Shown one piece after another: positions 60,701 to 63,016 of a stretch of 64,000 nucleotides of DNA (within the stretch, counting starts at the first letter, position 1; each line of letters starts with the position of its first letter). The stretch is taken from the NCBI GenBank assembly GCA_015055965.1, contig SVHG01000006.1, forward strand, positions 57,234-121,233, in the 5' to 3' direction. Source of the stretch: Clostridiales bacterium (lineage in GTDB: Bacteria > Bacillota > Clostridia > Christensenellales > Borkfalkiaceae). The notes below the pieces were generated by a model. It was not told the DNA's origin. It worked only from the letters and a program-made list of their open reading frames with translations, and searched no databases. The position numbers were made by a program, and so were the translations under genes.

Positions 60701-61367
60701 CTTGAGCCTTTTCGCTTTCTTCGTTAAGCACGTATGTATATTCGTGTAATACGGGATCGTAAACGGAGGTAAAGTATCCGGGTAAGAAAGCGCCTAGCTT
60801 TAAGGGCTTAATCGCTCTGATAAGACCTAAAGCGTCAACTCCTTCACCTTCTTTAGTAATAAGCTCTAATAGGGTGTAATCGCCCAATCTTTCCTGAGCT
60901 TCCCTTGAAAGGATCATGTCAAGATCCTTACCTCCGAACACGGCGGGAAGGAAGTTGTAAAGAGCCCTTACTCTAATGCTGCCTAAAAGCGCGTCAAATC
61001 CGTCCGATATATTGAAAAGAGAAATACCAAGTAAGGCTTCCCAATTTTCACCTTCGGTATCAACGTTTTCTACGCCTAAACCTGCAAGCAGTTTTTCAAG
61101 GTCTAATCCATATTCGCCCTGTAAGCGGTCAAGCGTGTAAGCATTAGGATCTTCCAATGCCTTCGTTAACAGCATTACCAGGTCTTCTATGGACTGGTCA
61201 CGAAGGTCATTCAAGCCGTCGTCAGGCTTGCTAACCATCGATAGGGGTTTGAGGTTTTTATAAGACCAAAATAGGCCGCCAACTATAGAGCCGACTACGG
61301 CCGCAATGGTAAAAACCACACCGAGTACAAATGCCAGTACTCTTCTTAAAAAGCTTCTCATCAACAT
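30705..61367 (-). CDS. giant (10,220 aa) acidic repeat protein with an N-terminal membrane anchor; family unrecognised
   Basis: An uninterrupted 30,663-nt frame. An AAGGAG RBS precedes ATG 61367. The N-terminus MLMRSFLRRVLAFVLGVVFTIAAVVGSIVGGLFW looks like a signal-anchor. The centre is built from ~96-100-aa units with the recurring pattern VVDAVFAELI.LYEGV.L..IVEGTLAIEIDDVI.SVA.VL.VA.PE.E..V.DIAKLL.DL..G.L....Y.G.QLV.VVLADVKAIVD. By eye it is rich in V/A/D/E/L/I, poor in R/W/C, and D+E clearly outnumber K+R. Confidence 0.9.
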   Translation of the reverse strand: MLMRSFLRRVLAFVLGVVFTIAAVVGSIVGGLFWSYKNLKPLSMVSKPDDGLNDLRDQSIEDLVMLLTKALEDPNAYTLDRLQGEYGLDLEKLLAGLGVENVDTEGENWEALLGISLFNISDGFDALLGSIRVRALYNFLPAVFGGKDLDMILSREAQERLGDYTLLELITKEGEGVDALGLIRAIKPLKLGAFLPGYFTSVYDPVLHEYTYVLNEESEKAQALPIIRLLGNVSLEVISVLFNSKNFADDVMAELMEGSLSSIAKMPLEDILYDLLDTVDGSGNSISSEYGSFLKFLNGATLADLIVPTEEGGYSFNTLAVLGVLSNVKVGYILGLTDEDGNGIWEKDGEPASDMLQVIAGMDIGTLLSDDAILVKIQSLFGDVDLAYVFEAVGLSTEDSVILQVLGGLNVGKLLAGQGEEFDGALFLSALKDSLKEELGETTLGELFNLEKTNNPLVDGLFDLCVADLILDEYSAESIDEIVEAFRNALGNVSLGDILGYEKDAETGAWICDNEYLTLVLDFSFNNIFDLALSFVEGDVAPEEIFRDLFPTLTVGDIFCMALGFEYNEVTNEYYKEGVSERPLSDSWSNLLNLKIADVLETVLNEDSPVDTYPEIMDIRVGDLLQLVLIVLDMDYSEFEDDGDLFVWDGNTESGTTELLNTSVLLIVQDLLNGGEKLLTKEIDVYVSIVADLTTFALRLTDNSSSDKEKLINDLEKIACDMLRGGLKEQPTLDGRVLVATLIEDVKELLNNNSVWVKLDAVIAKLDTVTKAIFTDILNWDAVTGDFINRDIVAKALDEIKAIYGEETIAKHIFDKLTETQVEAVIEAFFNTVEFAVAEMEGNRDSKNLLAFLASVEALTCDMLAGTVLEGSLEAGYELGIRLDGRVLVHTLIEDLEEILVNPAIIRRVDTGILLKICEEAKNHYKAEEIAANIFSAIGDFGVDATITSIFNVTFFVLDDMGLRDGNEDIIEALAVLEVVLKAMFDGTLNNVQVNKGVKVAEVIDVVQTIFNTELVSKNLTEQIIDTVNAALTEIRNLFGEEKLVNEALDYIKEFEMDNVIASLAVVAKAWYDYEDEPAKAHELIDAVEQLLTDLFTGSKMVELDVNEALALDKLIGDLKDIINTEIVADALGDATELIDTVLDEFTSLYGDSELEDFVETTKKLFVDKVIDSLFNIANKVDELYGDSELGDALEELEEILHEILGGRIENVEITFDSYTLDELINDVQEVINALPFEVLDDTYANPIIDRIEEFLKGIPVDEAVEGIQEKTVSELVEAVGDIVDILTDGEYEDLVDALEDLASDLFYGELGDVIFNDLITLDEIVEHAQNILNEAVDVDPAVNEIIDVVQELLEDITLSELEEGITDIKIHDLVDTASEIVNIATEDEYADAVEEIADLVKEFVDGTIGNPEFNYEDATIGDILESVAVIVDELGVDEDGTVTEILDIVADLLGDIELGNIEEGLSDLEISDIVDSVVDIVNVVTDDEYADLLEEVTDLVDLVVGGSIGDPELVYEETTIGEIIDEVMDIVDVLELDEDGTVTEIAGIVADLLGDVELGNIEEGLSDLEISDIVDSVVDIVNVVTDDEYADLLEEVTDLVDLVVGGSISDPELVYEETTIGEIINEVIDIVDVLELDEDGTVTEIAGIVADLLGDVELGNIEEGLSDLEISDIVDSVVDIVNVVTDDEYSDLLEEVTDLVDLVVGGSVGDPELVYEETTIGEIINEVIDIVDVLELDEDGTVTEIAGIVADLLGDVELGNIEEGLSDLEISDIVNSVVDIVNVVTDDEYAEILDAVSNIVDLVVDGSISDPELVYEDATIGEILENVAVIIDELGVDQDVVDVVEEVADLLEDVTIGNIEEDILELDVDEIIDVVNSITDLFVDDSEILDEIYEVAHEAFEGTLNDLTVDGEVIWDAIPEEYQPYVIAAGAVLGGVLYFVANDTLVEAVAQILGEDALVGDYLAEPLGFTEDTYLFEGKENALASAIFRTKVVDIVNDDFDFEAAYYDLLTVENILGIADAALTKHLGDERVDVVIDGLVELYGQTHVVDEIVEATLNLELDSVIDYVAEVANAFITNEQYQEIITEAAELVKMVFGGRLNFIGYHGDELVANVIDAVADLVLAIIGEEYEEMIGKVAALAKDTFGGTLNAPEFFKDCTVAQLLADIKAIVDEYVEDNELVDAIFAELTALYGDVLVVDIAKGTLNLDIDAVIRMLANVLAVAIKDEATLIHEIADVLVVMHAGTLETAHLDGYQLVRDLVLETYDIINYIIKDRASATVNEVVAVAFEEIAALYGDTLTKDIFKAIPEFDIDAVITSLANVILATGIEEVELVVELEALLKDMLHGTLGKPELSGYVKVASLILSTKAIINLYFTNVTLNTALDQLVILYGDTLSKDIFKAIPEFDVNDVIAAIANVAESVDAIKKYSVFINDIEDVLVIMLEGTLRTVRLDGSQKVADLVNETYDIVTHFTFGDTPRIIFEEIANMYGDTLTKDIFKAIPGFLVDDLIDSAARILVSIARLEKYEDKINAVAVTLKDMLDGTLRTIRLDGSVPVCELIDDANLLSDAFFYDSETLNVFFEEVKGLYGDTIAKHIFTAIPDFLVDDVINSIANVVASVKAIRKHSDKINAVAVTLKDMLDGTLRTIRLDGSVPVSELIDDANLLSDVFFYDSETLNLFFEEVKGLYGDTIAKNIFTAIPDFLVDDVINSIANVVASVKAIRKHSDKINAVAVTLKDMLDGTLRTIRLDGSVPVCELIDDANLLSDAFFYDSETLNVFFEEVKGLYGDTIAKHIFTAIPDFLVDDVINSIANVVASVKALKKDAVVVHEIADVLIIMLDGTLRTIRLDGSQLVADLVLATKEVATYFVKHEAVAVAFDELAAIYGDTITKDIFSVIPGFSIDDVVFAMAKVVVALVLPEDAELVNSIAGVITIMHEGALVEVRLDGHQKVADLVLATKDVVDHFVDNAAVLAIFDEIAKIYGETLTKDIFNVIPNFLIDDVITALANVAVVAFPEDVVVIAEIEALLKDMLKGTLANVSLNGVTKMAGLILRAKEILNYFVTIDAVNVGMEELAALYGDALSREFLSAIPDFPVAQVIRAMGNVGAAAVEDEKVAGIIKGVANVIAIMHRGTLADAHLNGNAKIADLILATYDVVKLITESEAMRVAFEELAGLYGDAVAMNVVDATLDFYVDSVIDSLAKVLASIKAIREHSDKINAVAATLEDVLDGTLRTIRLDGSVPVCELIDDADLLADAFFYDSETLNVFFEELKGLYGDTIAKNIFTAILDFDVNDVINSITNVLVSVKAIRDRSELVYDIAEVLEIMLEGTLGEVRLHGTRKMADLVMAAYDVVAHFTEEEFVKVIFEEIAGLYGDALTREFLTAIPDFDVNDVITATANVVESVDALKKHAVLVNDIEEVLEIILEGTLGEVRLHGTRKMADLVMAAYDVVAHFTEEEFVKVIFEEIAGLYGDALTREFLTAIPGFFIDDVVVAAANVINEIFPDEPVVDQAAKLVMDLLDGRLNAPGLQGQQLITVVIEDVKAILYNYYISDVSDVVFAELIKLYEGAMVKDAVQATLDLPVEEVISSVVNVVKVFLPEEVLVDQIAKLVDDLVDGTLGAPVFNGEQLITVVIEDVKAILYNYYISDVSDVVFAELIKLYEGAMVKDAVQATLDLPVEEVISSVVNVVKVFLPEEVLVDQIAKLVDDLVDGTLGAPVFNGEQLVPVVVEDVEAIIDTVAGEILLITDICKVLKDLYEGVTLANFASATLDLPVDNVINAVAYVVGYNLMDVDTIAKLLTDLLEGSISAPYVYMDQLVPVVVEDVEAILDLYVEDIQLITDICYVLKDLYQGVTLAEFASATLDLPIDNVIKAVSYVVGYNFIDIDDIEKLLTDLLDGTISAPIIDESALVTTILADVKVIVDKYVEDNKLIDVIFAELIKLYEGALVVNVVQETLDLPVEEVISSVVNVVKVFLPEEALVDQIAKLVDDLVDGTVSAPVFNGEQLVTVVLEDVEAIIGNYYVSEASEVVFDELIKLYEGVMVKDVVQATLDLPVEEVIASTVAIVKVFMPEEALVDQIAKLVDDLVDGTISAPVFNGEQLVSVVIEDTEAIIDTLAGEITLITDICYVLKDLYEGVTLNEFVQASYDLDVDEVISAIAYVVGYNFIDIDAIAKLLIDLLEGTVTNPVVDYKQLVPVVIEDVETLIDLYVGEIKLITDVCTALKDLYEGVTLEEFVKATLDLPVDDVIEAASYVVGRNIINIDDIEKLLTDLLDGTISAPIIDESVLVTTILADVEAIISKHYISDASEAVFAELNKLYEGALVVNVVQETLDLPVEEVISSVVNVVKVFLPEEALVDQIAKLVDDLVDGTLGAPVFNGEQLITVVLADVEAIIGNYYVSDASEVIFAELNKLYEGAMVKDVVQATLDLDVDEVIDSINNITNVFVTHEVLDTIYAVAHAGLYGTLGNLGFDPLAAYEELPAEVQPYVIAALATTVAVLYFAANDTLVDLVGQFLGEDAVLGDYIAEPMGYTKDTYLFEGEENALASAIFNTKLVDIANDDFDFEAAYYALLTVENILGIADAVVTKYAANEIADVAIEGLIELYGQTHIIDEIVEATLALELDDVVNYLADVASAIVGVENECLVRDIAMLLTDAFGNELANVGYHSGALISVLLADVKGILAHFVNNDVVNAIFVELITLYEDVTVATIVEGTLAIEFDALVNSIANVLAVAFPEDECVIRDVAKLLADLLGINLGELGYHGKQLVTVVLADVEEILSHYYISDASEVVFAELIKLYEGVTLEGIVEGTLAIEIDDVIASVVAVVNVFLPEEEALIADIADILVIMLDGALGELRLDGSQKVADLVNATYDVVYHFTESDTVLAIFREIAHMYGDTLTYQIFSAIPGFDFDESADSFARVVASIDALKPHADTVYAVATLVKDVLGGELRLIGIHGDQLVTVVLADVKAVVDSLDVENAVVDAVFNELIELYEGVTLNAVAEGTLAIAMDDLIASVADVVEVVLVGNEHNVQHVEELVKYLVAGTIGAPAFEESATVDGALGLVKTIVLDYAAFVEVEAVFNELAKLYEGVLVLDVVQATLDLPVDNVIDTLANIVNVFAVEQTATVNAVAQLAKDLVDGTVSAPLFNDVQLVTVVLADVKAIVDSFGVENAVVDAVFAELAKLYEAVTLGGIADGTLAIEIHDLVDAVANVLVVAFPEYESVIREASQLVADLVDGTIKAPLFNDTQYVAYVLADVKAILDNFVESAVVDAIFNELIALYDGVMLKDIADGTLAIEIHDLVDAVARVLIVAAPTAEILVTDSADLIKELVYGTIGEPIFNDLAYVTELLDIIYNVVENFVIHDAVTVAFEELNKLYEGVLLKDVVAHTTSLDFDALVYSVAAVVATAIPAEAKLVNDIAKLIADAFGTNLDRLGYHDDTYVSTLLRDVKAILDRFVVENAVVDTIFEELIALYEGVLVRDFVDYSLAIEMSKVISVEANVFAAALPEQEELIRDIEQLLVDLISGTVSAPLFNDVQLVPVVLTDVKAILDNFVDNAVVDAVFEELTVLYEGVALNAIVEGTKNLYVDDIINSVASVLAVAVPAQAELFEDIAKLLTDVFGVQIKTFGIHGNALVSTLIADVEAIVGNFVDNAVVDAVFAELIELYEGVELVAIADETLALEIDDVIDSVASVLAVALPENEETVNAVAQLAKDLVDGPVSAPVFNGEQLVTVVLADVEAIVDSFGVENAVVDAVFAELITLYDGVTLEGIVEGTLALNIDAVIAAGEGVAKAIFTEDQCLVSDIAKLLTDLFDGRVEKAGYNGEQSVSVILSDLKCIIKHIVGENAVLNAVISELSGLYGDSAINLIGKTTLGLEVDAVITSVANVLIVGLGEEEKINAFAALAKDVLGGKIEKIGYHGEQLITVILADVKAIVDSFGVENAIVDEAFAQVSGLYEGVIVDEFVNATVALDFDATVKAVASVLAVALPENAATVNAVAELVVDAVGGTVSKIGYNGNVLVSELIADVKAIVDSFGVENAIVDVVFEELIALYEGVILEKIAEGTLAIAMDDLIASVADVVEAVIPANAHNVQHVEELVKYVVAGTVGAPVLEETATVGEALLLAKDVVLDYAAFVEVDAVFNELAALFENVTIANIAEDVLELDVDDVIDTVNNITNVFVTNEVLDTIYAVAHAGLYGTLGNLGFDALAAYEEMPQTAQIVTIAALATTVAVLYFAANDTLVDLVGQFLGEDAVLGDYIAEPMGYTKDTYLFEGEENALASAIFNTKLVDIANDDFDFEAAYYALLTVENILGIADAVVTKYAANEIADVAIEGLIELYGQTHIIDEIVEATLALELDDVVNYLADVASAIVGVENGCIVRDSAKLLTDAFGNELANVGYHSGALISVLLADVKAIVDHLVAENAIVNAVFEELTALYDGVTVATIVEGTLAIEFDVLVNSIANVLVVAFPEDECVIRDVAKLLADAFGIDLGELGFHGEQLVPVLLADVEEILSHYYISDASEVIFAELIKLYEGVTVATIVEGTLAIEIDDVIASVAAVVNVFLPEEEALIADIADVLVIMLDGALGELRLDGSQKVADLVIATKEVVTYFVKYEAVAVAFDEIAAMYGDTLTYQIFSVIPGFDFDKSVDAIANVVASVDALKPHADTVYAAATLVKDVLGGELRLIGFHGDHEVGLILADVKAIVDSLDVENAIVDAVFAELIKLYEGVTLNAIVEGTLALNIDAVIAAGEGVAKTIFTEDQCLVSDIAKLLTDLFDGRVEKAGYNGEQSVSLILSDLKYIIQHLVGENAVLNAVISELSGLYGDSAINLIGETTLGLEVDAVITSVANVLIAGLGEEEKINAFAALAKDVLGGKIEKIGYHGEQLITVILADVKAIVDSFGVENAVVNEAFAQVSGLYEGVIVDEFVNATVALDFDATVKAVASVLAVALPENAATVNAVAELVVDAVGGTVSKIGYNGNVLVSELIADVEAIVDSFGVENAVVDAVFAELIELYEGVILEKIAEGTLAITMDDLIASVADVVEAGIPANAHNVQHVEELVKYLVAGTIGAPAFEESATVDGALGLVKTIVLDYAAFVEVETIFNELAKLYEGVLVLDVVQATVDLPVDNVIDTLANIVNAFAVEQTATVNAVAQLAKDLVDGTVSAPLFNDVQLVTVVLADVKAIVDSFGVENAVVDAVFAELIGLYEGVVLNAIVEGTLAIEIHDLVDSTARVLGVAIPTAEILVNDVAALVKELVFGTISEPVFNDLALVTDLLAITRKIVENFVINDVVSVAFEELAKLYEGVLLKDVVAHTTSLDFDALVYSVAAVVATAIPAEAKLVNDIAKLIADAFGTNLNRLGYHDDAYVSTLLEDVEAIVGNFVQDNAVVDAVFEELIGLYEGVLVRDIVDYSLAIAMDDLTGSVADVLEAVIPGHEAKVQHSEELVKYLVTGSIGAPALDEAATVGGALDLVKEIVSDYVESEELEAVFDELSALFAEVVIVNIGEDTLALDIDDVIDTVNNITNVFVTNEVLDTIYAVAHAGLYGTLGNLGFDPLAAFETMPQAAQIVTVVVLATTVGVLYVAANDTLVDLVGQLLGEDAVIGDYLAEPLGYTKDTYLFEGEENALASAVFNTKLVDIANDDFDFEAAYYALLTVENILGIADAVVTKYAANEIADVAIEGLIELYGQTHIIDEIVEATLALEIDDVTNYLADVAVAIVGEENECIVRDIAKLLTDAIGGTIKELGYHGEQSVSGLIVDVKAIVDHLVAENAIVNAVFEELIGLYDGVTLITIVEGTLSIQLADVINSIANVVVVALGEENECIVRDVAKLINDVIGGELRLIGYHGDKEVAVVIADVKAIVDHFVDNGVVTAVFAELTELYDGVTLNAIVEGTLAITMDDLIASVADVVEVALVGNEHKVQHVEELAKYLVAGTITAPVFEESATVSGTLDLAKLIAMDYLAYVEVDAVFNELSKLYDGVLLLDIVNGTLGLTLDNVIDTVASIVKIFVAGNEASVVALADEEPVTGNAAIVDAFATLAKDLVDGTIAEPVFVLEQLVSVVLVDVKAIVDSFGVENDVVDVAFAEVIELYDGVTLIGIAEGTLAIVMDDLIRSVESVVVTAFNELEANAKHVGDLLTYLVAGKIGSIGFESQATVGKTLELVKAIVSDYVESEQLEAVFDELSTLFAEVYIVTIGQDTLALDVDVTLDTAHNIVNVFVENDIVDVIFNVAHEGLDGALGNLTFNALAAWEAIPEDLRPIVVIALADVLVHMYVLANPALVELAKMALGEDAILGDYIAEPLGYEAETYLFEGEENALASAIFNTKVADALTLGYDFKAAYYELLTVENILGIADAVVTKYAANEIADAAIEGLIELYGQTHIVDEIVETTLALEIDDVINYLADVVVAIVGVENECLVRDIAQLLTDSIGNELANVGYHGEQQISVALANVKAIVDHMVGENAIVKAVFAELTKLYEGVTVNTFVEGTLAIEVDDAINSIVNVLVAVEALKAHEGIISDSAALVQYLVAETITAPVFEEKAKVSETARLVEAIIGNYYISDASEAIFNEINKLYDGVTVLGIVEGTLAIEIDEVIRSVANVTGVILSEQAELISDIADVLEIIVEGKLPETRMDGTQKVADLVNETYEVVRHFTESDTIEAMFVEIAKLYGETLTKDIFNAILGFKVDDVINSIANVVASVEALKAHEAKIVAIEDLLVDALDGELRTIRLDGSVLVKDLIDDANAIYTAFVGESLTANLICDEAKALYGETIAANVINVIPGFLVDDVIGAAGRIVASIDAIAAHEAKIISVANLLEGVLAGELRAIRLDGQALVKDLVDDANAVFTAFYRESETVNVFCEEVKGLYGETIAANVINVIPAFLVDDVIGAAARVLVSINALSAHVELINESAALLTYVLAGNLAHIALEANASVGVTLQLAKAIATDYIKSTRFAAAIDELSTLLAEVYVGNVKEDLLDLYVDDVITTVHNITKLFITHDVIEAIFNVAHEGMDGQLRSIVFNVSAAWAAVPEDLRPLAIIAAVDVGAHMYVLANPLLVKIVKRVLGEDALLGDFLAHRLGYEIGTYLFEGEENELASAIFRTKVADALTLGFDFKAAYYHKMSVENVLGMVDAVVTKYRPSQKADVVIEGLIELYGDTHIKYEIVEGTLGLEFDDVVDYLAEVAIAFVGHECFVTDIARIAKFGIGGELRDVYLHAEQLITDALINGKAILDHIVRHDVIDSVFTELGRLYEGVIIGRVLEGTLAINVNDLLDSTANVVVTALPSLDECLVRDIVRLTNSLITGPLNGITLNGDSKVSDIIIDVWNTLDHVVQHRIIDAVFAELINLYQDINFRNIKAGTLGLDVDRVITAVHSVTDEIFAHSMIDFVYSLLHAGLSGTLGSIKFNAADVWAATPENYRPFAIAAGVGVGAVLYFAANDLLVSLVNKVVADATVGDVLADNLGYTVNDGIYSRDGIVNSLMNEVFNERAIDLVATGYDFGNKIFTHVTLGNLLTVTSDIQAKAEGILPGEAPLTKKSYEEWTMVNSMVSVMDIILNVSLKDILDNKDDLKGYALSLVEQLRVGDIVFADMLGRLQSGVHPLADQLGVNITSTKLENGKWDFEGSFEKLLEVTLNYTVGDVKAAIDGGLGGIKLLVIDAISHLTMGDIVGEALIALNNRAEKAGQVATYNAIYDEATGKWLSTEAYAKLIATVCNISAYDFIINTKAQGKEYLLTAVLGDMRVGELLDGYNVYDEVNKVWTNKGEKIEFGYGIKDHVKQVIYEMKLANVINKNIDYDALMDGFYMGELLGYTCEGNLVDGHVHDASCVWFSKQDVYVEGVGVINAYTQVDTLTQRISSLDAHELIEGTLDIISVVEEITLGELMHLARVSYSGSEDVYYSFKTKDGLNEVVLDENGYAFLIVDLAKPADKLTNALAGILVKDITHGDGIGTIMDKVEALKIGDIFRYTEGADGWYDGTTLVTGLLGKLCDYTLSEVKNDFGGIVNEFTLGDVIEVTDGSLLELLEDKKIGQLSSAIDELYIGEVMGYKKDQLTGTWYTDTDADGLYDAGEEVTDDIVKILVDYKIKDLDADFSTDLRAKIKTDVKLSTFIGYDDCDVFKVFTEAEYNALTLTSLSTEFEKKLSKDASLDVLVQIGIVKETDLTDARKAKITELYNFGKADSEKKTWEQITMADFFDIVFGLIDSAPVLP
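38061..38811 (-). repeat. dispersed repeat (punctuation module, copy 4), slightly more diverged
   Basis: Encodes ...DTYLFEGEENALASAVFNTKLVDIANDDFDFEAAYYALLTVENILGIADAVVTKYAANEIADVAIEGLIELYGQTHIIDEIVEATLALEIDDV.... Confidence 0.75.
40150..41160 (-). repeat. dispersed ~1-kb near-identical repeat, copy B
   Basis: See 43051-44061. Confidence 0.8.
42120..42870 (-). repeat. dispersed ~750-nt near-identical repeat (punctuation module, copy 3)
   Basis: See 47331-48081. It also aligns with 38061-38811 at an offset of 4,059 nt. Confidence 0.8.
43051..44061 (-). repeat. dispersed ~1-kb near-identical repeat, copy A
   Basis: Aligns with 40150-41160 at an offset of 2,901 nt. The antisense track ORFs at 43327 and 40426 begin with the same 61 aa, and those at 43717 and 40816 are near-identical. 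Confidence 0.8.
47331..48081 (-). repeat. dispersed ~750-nt near-identical repeat (punctuation module, copy 2)
   Basis: Aligns with 42120-42870 at a constant offset of 5,211 nt (1,737 codons). Example: GCCAACGATTGCTGATGCTACGTCTGCTAAGTAATTAACTACGTCGTCTAATTCTAAAGC occurs in both. Confidence 0.8.
50230..50810 (-). repeat. 2 tandem near-identical 288-nt units inside the giant ORF
   Basis: The protein segment ITVVIEDVKAILYNYYISDVSDVVFAELIKLYEGAMVKDAVQATLDLPVEEVISSVVNVVKVFLPEEVLVDQIAKLVDDLVDGTLGAPVFNGEQL occurs twice without change. Confidence 0.8.
50930..51420 (-). repeat. 2 tandem near-identical 294-nt units inside the giant ORF
   Basis: The string GTTAATGCGTCGCCGTATAAGCCTGCGATTTCTTCAAAGATTAC... 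occurs at 50941 and at 51235. The protein segment HGTRKMADLVMAAYDVVAHFTEEEFVKVIFEEIAGLYGDALTREFLTAIP occurs twice. Confidence 0.8.
52920..53830 (-). repeat. 3 tandem near-identical 297-nt (99-aa) units inside the giant ORF
   Basis: The unit AIPDFLVDDVINSIANVVASVKAIRKHSDKINAVAVTLKDMLDGTLRTIRLDGSVPVCELIDDANLLSDAFFYDSETLNVFFEEVKGLYGDTIAKHIFT occurs three times. The antisense ORFs at 53128 and 53722 are 594 nt (2 x 297) apart. Confidence 0.85.
55900..57150 (-). repeat. about 4 tandem near-identical 300-nt (100-aa) units inside the giant ORF
   Basis: The protein unit ELDEDGTVTEIAGIVADLLGDVELGNIEEGLSDLEISDIVDSVVDIVNVVTDDEYADLLEEVTDLVDLVVGGSIGDPELVYEETTIGEIINEVIDIVDVL repeats with 1-3 substitutions. 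The antisense track ORFs at 55942, 56542 and 56842 recur at multiples of 300 nt. Confidence 0.85.
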
Positions 61368-61454
61368 GTTGTCATCTCCTTAGTGTTTTTGGCTGTTTTA
61401 CACCTCTTTTTTTAAAAAAGGGCATAATACGGCCTTTTCTAATGACTAAGTAAT

Positions 61455-61483
61455 ATTATAACATCACTAAGGGAAAGTGTCAA
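61455..61483 (-). promoter_or_regulatory. perfect consensus sigma-A promoter upstream of the giant ORF
   Basis: Minus strand: TTGACA (61483-61478), exactly 17 nt, TATAAT (61460-61455). It lies ~90 nt upstream of ATG 61367. Confidence 0.75.
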
Positions 61484-61905
61484 TAGTAATTGTTAAAAAA
61501 ATATAAATATTTTTAATTTTTCTCAAAATTTTCACACAGTAAAGCACGCGCCCTCGCCCTTTTACTTTTTTAGGGATAAAAAGGGGCAAAAAAGTGTTTT
61601 TTATTAAAATAAACCCTAAAATTGTTTTACAAAAACAGAAGAGTTTCTTGTTCGGGCGGTAGAGTCCCGCTCTTCTTGCCAAAATTAAATAAAATATTTT
61701 TCGTTTTGCTAAAAATTTTGCTATTTTACTCCCCAATATGGCGATAATCGCGCTATAGAGCCACTTTTTAAATCCTTTAAGAGTTAAAAATAGCTATAAA
61801 TTACCAAATTTTGACATTTTTGGCTAAAAGCGGTTGCTTTTTTTATCTTTCTAAGGTATAATTTAAAAAGAGCGAGCGTTTTTTTCGCTTCATTGGGGAG
61901 AGTTT

Positions 61906-62775
61906 ATGATTGATTTTATTGTCAACGGTAAAGCCGGATACGCAAGATCTTGGCTAAAAACAAAAAGAAAAATAACCGAAATTTTGGAAAGTAAAGGGAT
62001 TGAATACCGCTTCCATTTTACGGAATACGCAAAGCATGCAACAAAAATCGCTAAAGATCTTTGCGAACAAGGCGCTACTGATATAGTCGCTATTGGCGGT
62101 GACGGAACGGTAAACGAGGTTCTTAACGGTTTAGCGGTAGAAAAGGTAAACTTCGGCATTATTCCCCACGGTAGCGGAAACGACTTCGTAGATAGCGTAT
62201 CAATCCCCCACAAGGTTGCAGACGCCTTAAACGTTATTCTAAACGAAAGCCCCAAGCCCACCGACTTTTTGGTTTGTGACGGCGTTCGCGGTTTAAATAT
62301 TATAGGCACGGGAATAGACGTTGAAATTTTACAGCGTTGCGAAAATAATAAAATATTTAAAGGCAAACTAAAATATTTCATTTCGCTAATAATAAGTCTT
62401 ATTAAATTTAGATTTTACGATTTTAAATTAAAGAAAGAAGATGGCTACCACGATAAAAGCGCCATGATTATTTGTTGCTGTAACGGAAGGAACTTTGGCG
62501 GTGGAATCCCAATTTGCCCCATTGCCGTTGCAGACGATAACAAAATGGAGTTTATTTTGGTTAACAAAATGAATAAGGCTAAAATGGTTGGCTACTTAAT
62601 TAAGCTTATGCAGGGCAAGCTTTTAGAGCAAACCTTTTGCGAGCACGTAACCCAAGACGAGGTTGAGGCCATTTTTGATCACCCCGTAACCATAGAAATA
62701 GACGGCGAGCTTTATAACGACTTAAAGTTTGATATACATATTGAAAAGGGCGCTTTAAAGCTTTACAGACCTTAA
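61906..62775 (+). CDS. diacylglycerol/lipid kinase family protein (YegS/DagK/BmrU type)
   Basis: 289 aa. Motifs: IVNGKAG, VAIGGDGTVNEVLNGL and GIIPHGSGNDF. A TTGCTT-17-TATAAT promoter lies at ~61,835-61,865. Confidence 0.85.
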   Translation: MIDFIVNGKAGYARSWLKTKRKITEILESKGIEYRFHFTEYAKHATKIAKDLCEQGATDIVAIGGDGTVNEVLNGLAVEKVNFGIIPHGSGNDFVDSVSIPHKVADALNVILNESPKPTDFLVCDGVRGLNIIGTGIDVEILQRCENNKIFKGKLKYFISLIISLIKFRFYDFKLKKEDGYHDKSAMIICCCNGRNFGGGIPICPIAVADDNKMEFILVNKMNKAKMVGYLIKLMQGKLLEQTFCEHVTQDEVEAIFDHPVTIEIDGELYNDLKFDIHIEKGALKLYRP

Positions 62776-62791
62776 ATTGAATAAAGCAAAA

Positions 62792-62816
62792 GGAAGGCAA
62801 ACGGCCTTCCTTTTTT
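62792..62816 (+). terminator. intrinsic terminator after the lipid kinase gene
   Basis: GGAAGGC, loop AAACG, GCCTTCC, then TTTTTT. Confidence 0.75.
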
Positions 62817-63016
62817 GTTTTTTGCTAAATTTTTAAAAAACTATGCCTTTACTGCAATTACTTTATTAAAACGAACGAAAATCATGGCAATTTTAATATA
62901 TTTTTAACACAAAAACCCCGCTATAAGTCGATTATCGGCACTTTCGCATTTTTTACAACCTAATTTCAACACCCAAAATAAACCCAAATTTACAATAAAA
63001 AATTTAATTTTAACAC

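Noticed and set aside
30705-61367. The giant ORF as an NRPS/PKS megasynthase, an RTX/cadherin/Ig-type adhesin, or an LPXTG-anchored protein.
   Set aside because: I found no adenylation, condensation, KS or ACP core motifs, no GGxGxD nonapeptides, and no beta-rich Ig or cadherin-like repeats. There is no C-terminal LPXTG plus TM sorting signal. The composition and repeat pattern look all-helical and acidic.
61633-61680. A hairpin (AGAAGAG...CGGG-loop-CCCG...CUCUUCU) followed by GUUUUUG on the minus strand. It looks like an intrinsic terminator but has no upstream minus-strand gene.
   Set aside because: The only neighbour to the right is the divergently transcribed plus-strand lipid-kinase gene, and I could find no convincing promoter for a small minus-strand RNA in 61,680-61,830. 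The evidence is too weak to call an ncRNA. It might insulate the giant-gene promoter.
61467-62381. Minus-strand ORFs 61467-61736 (89 aa) and 61890-62381 (163 aa).
   Set aside because: The first spans the giant gene's promoter and AT-rich intergenic DNA, and its translation is basic and low-complexity. The second is antisense to the well-supported lipid-kinase gene.
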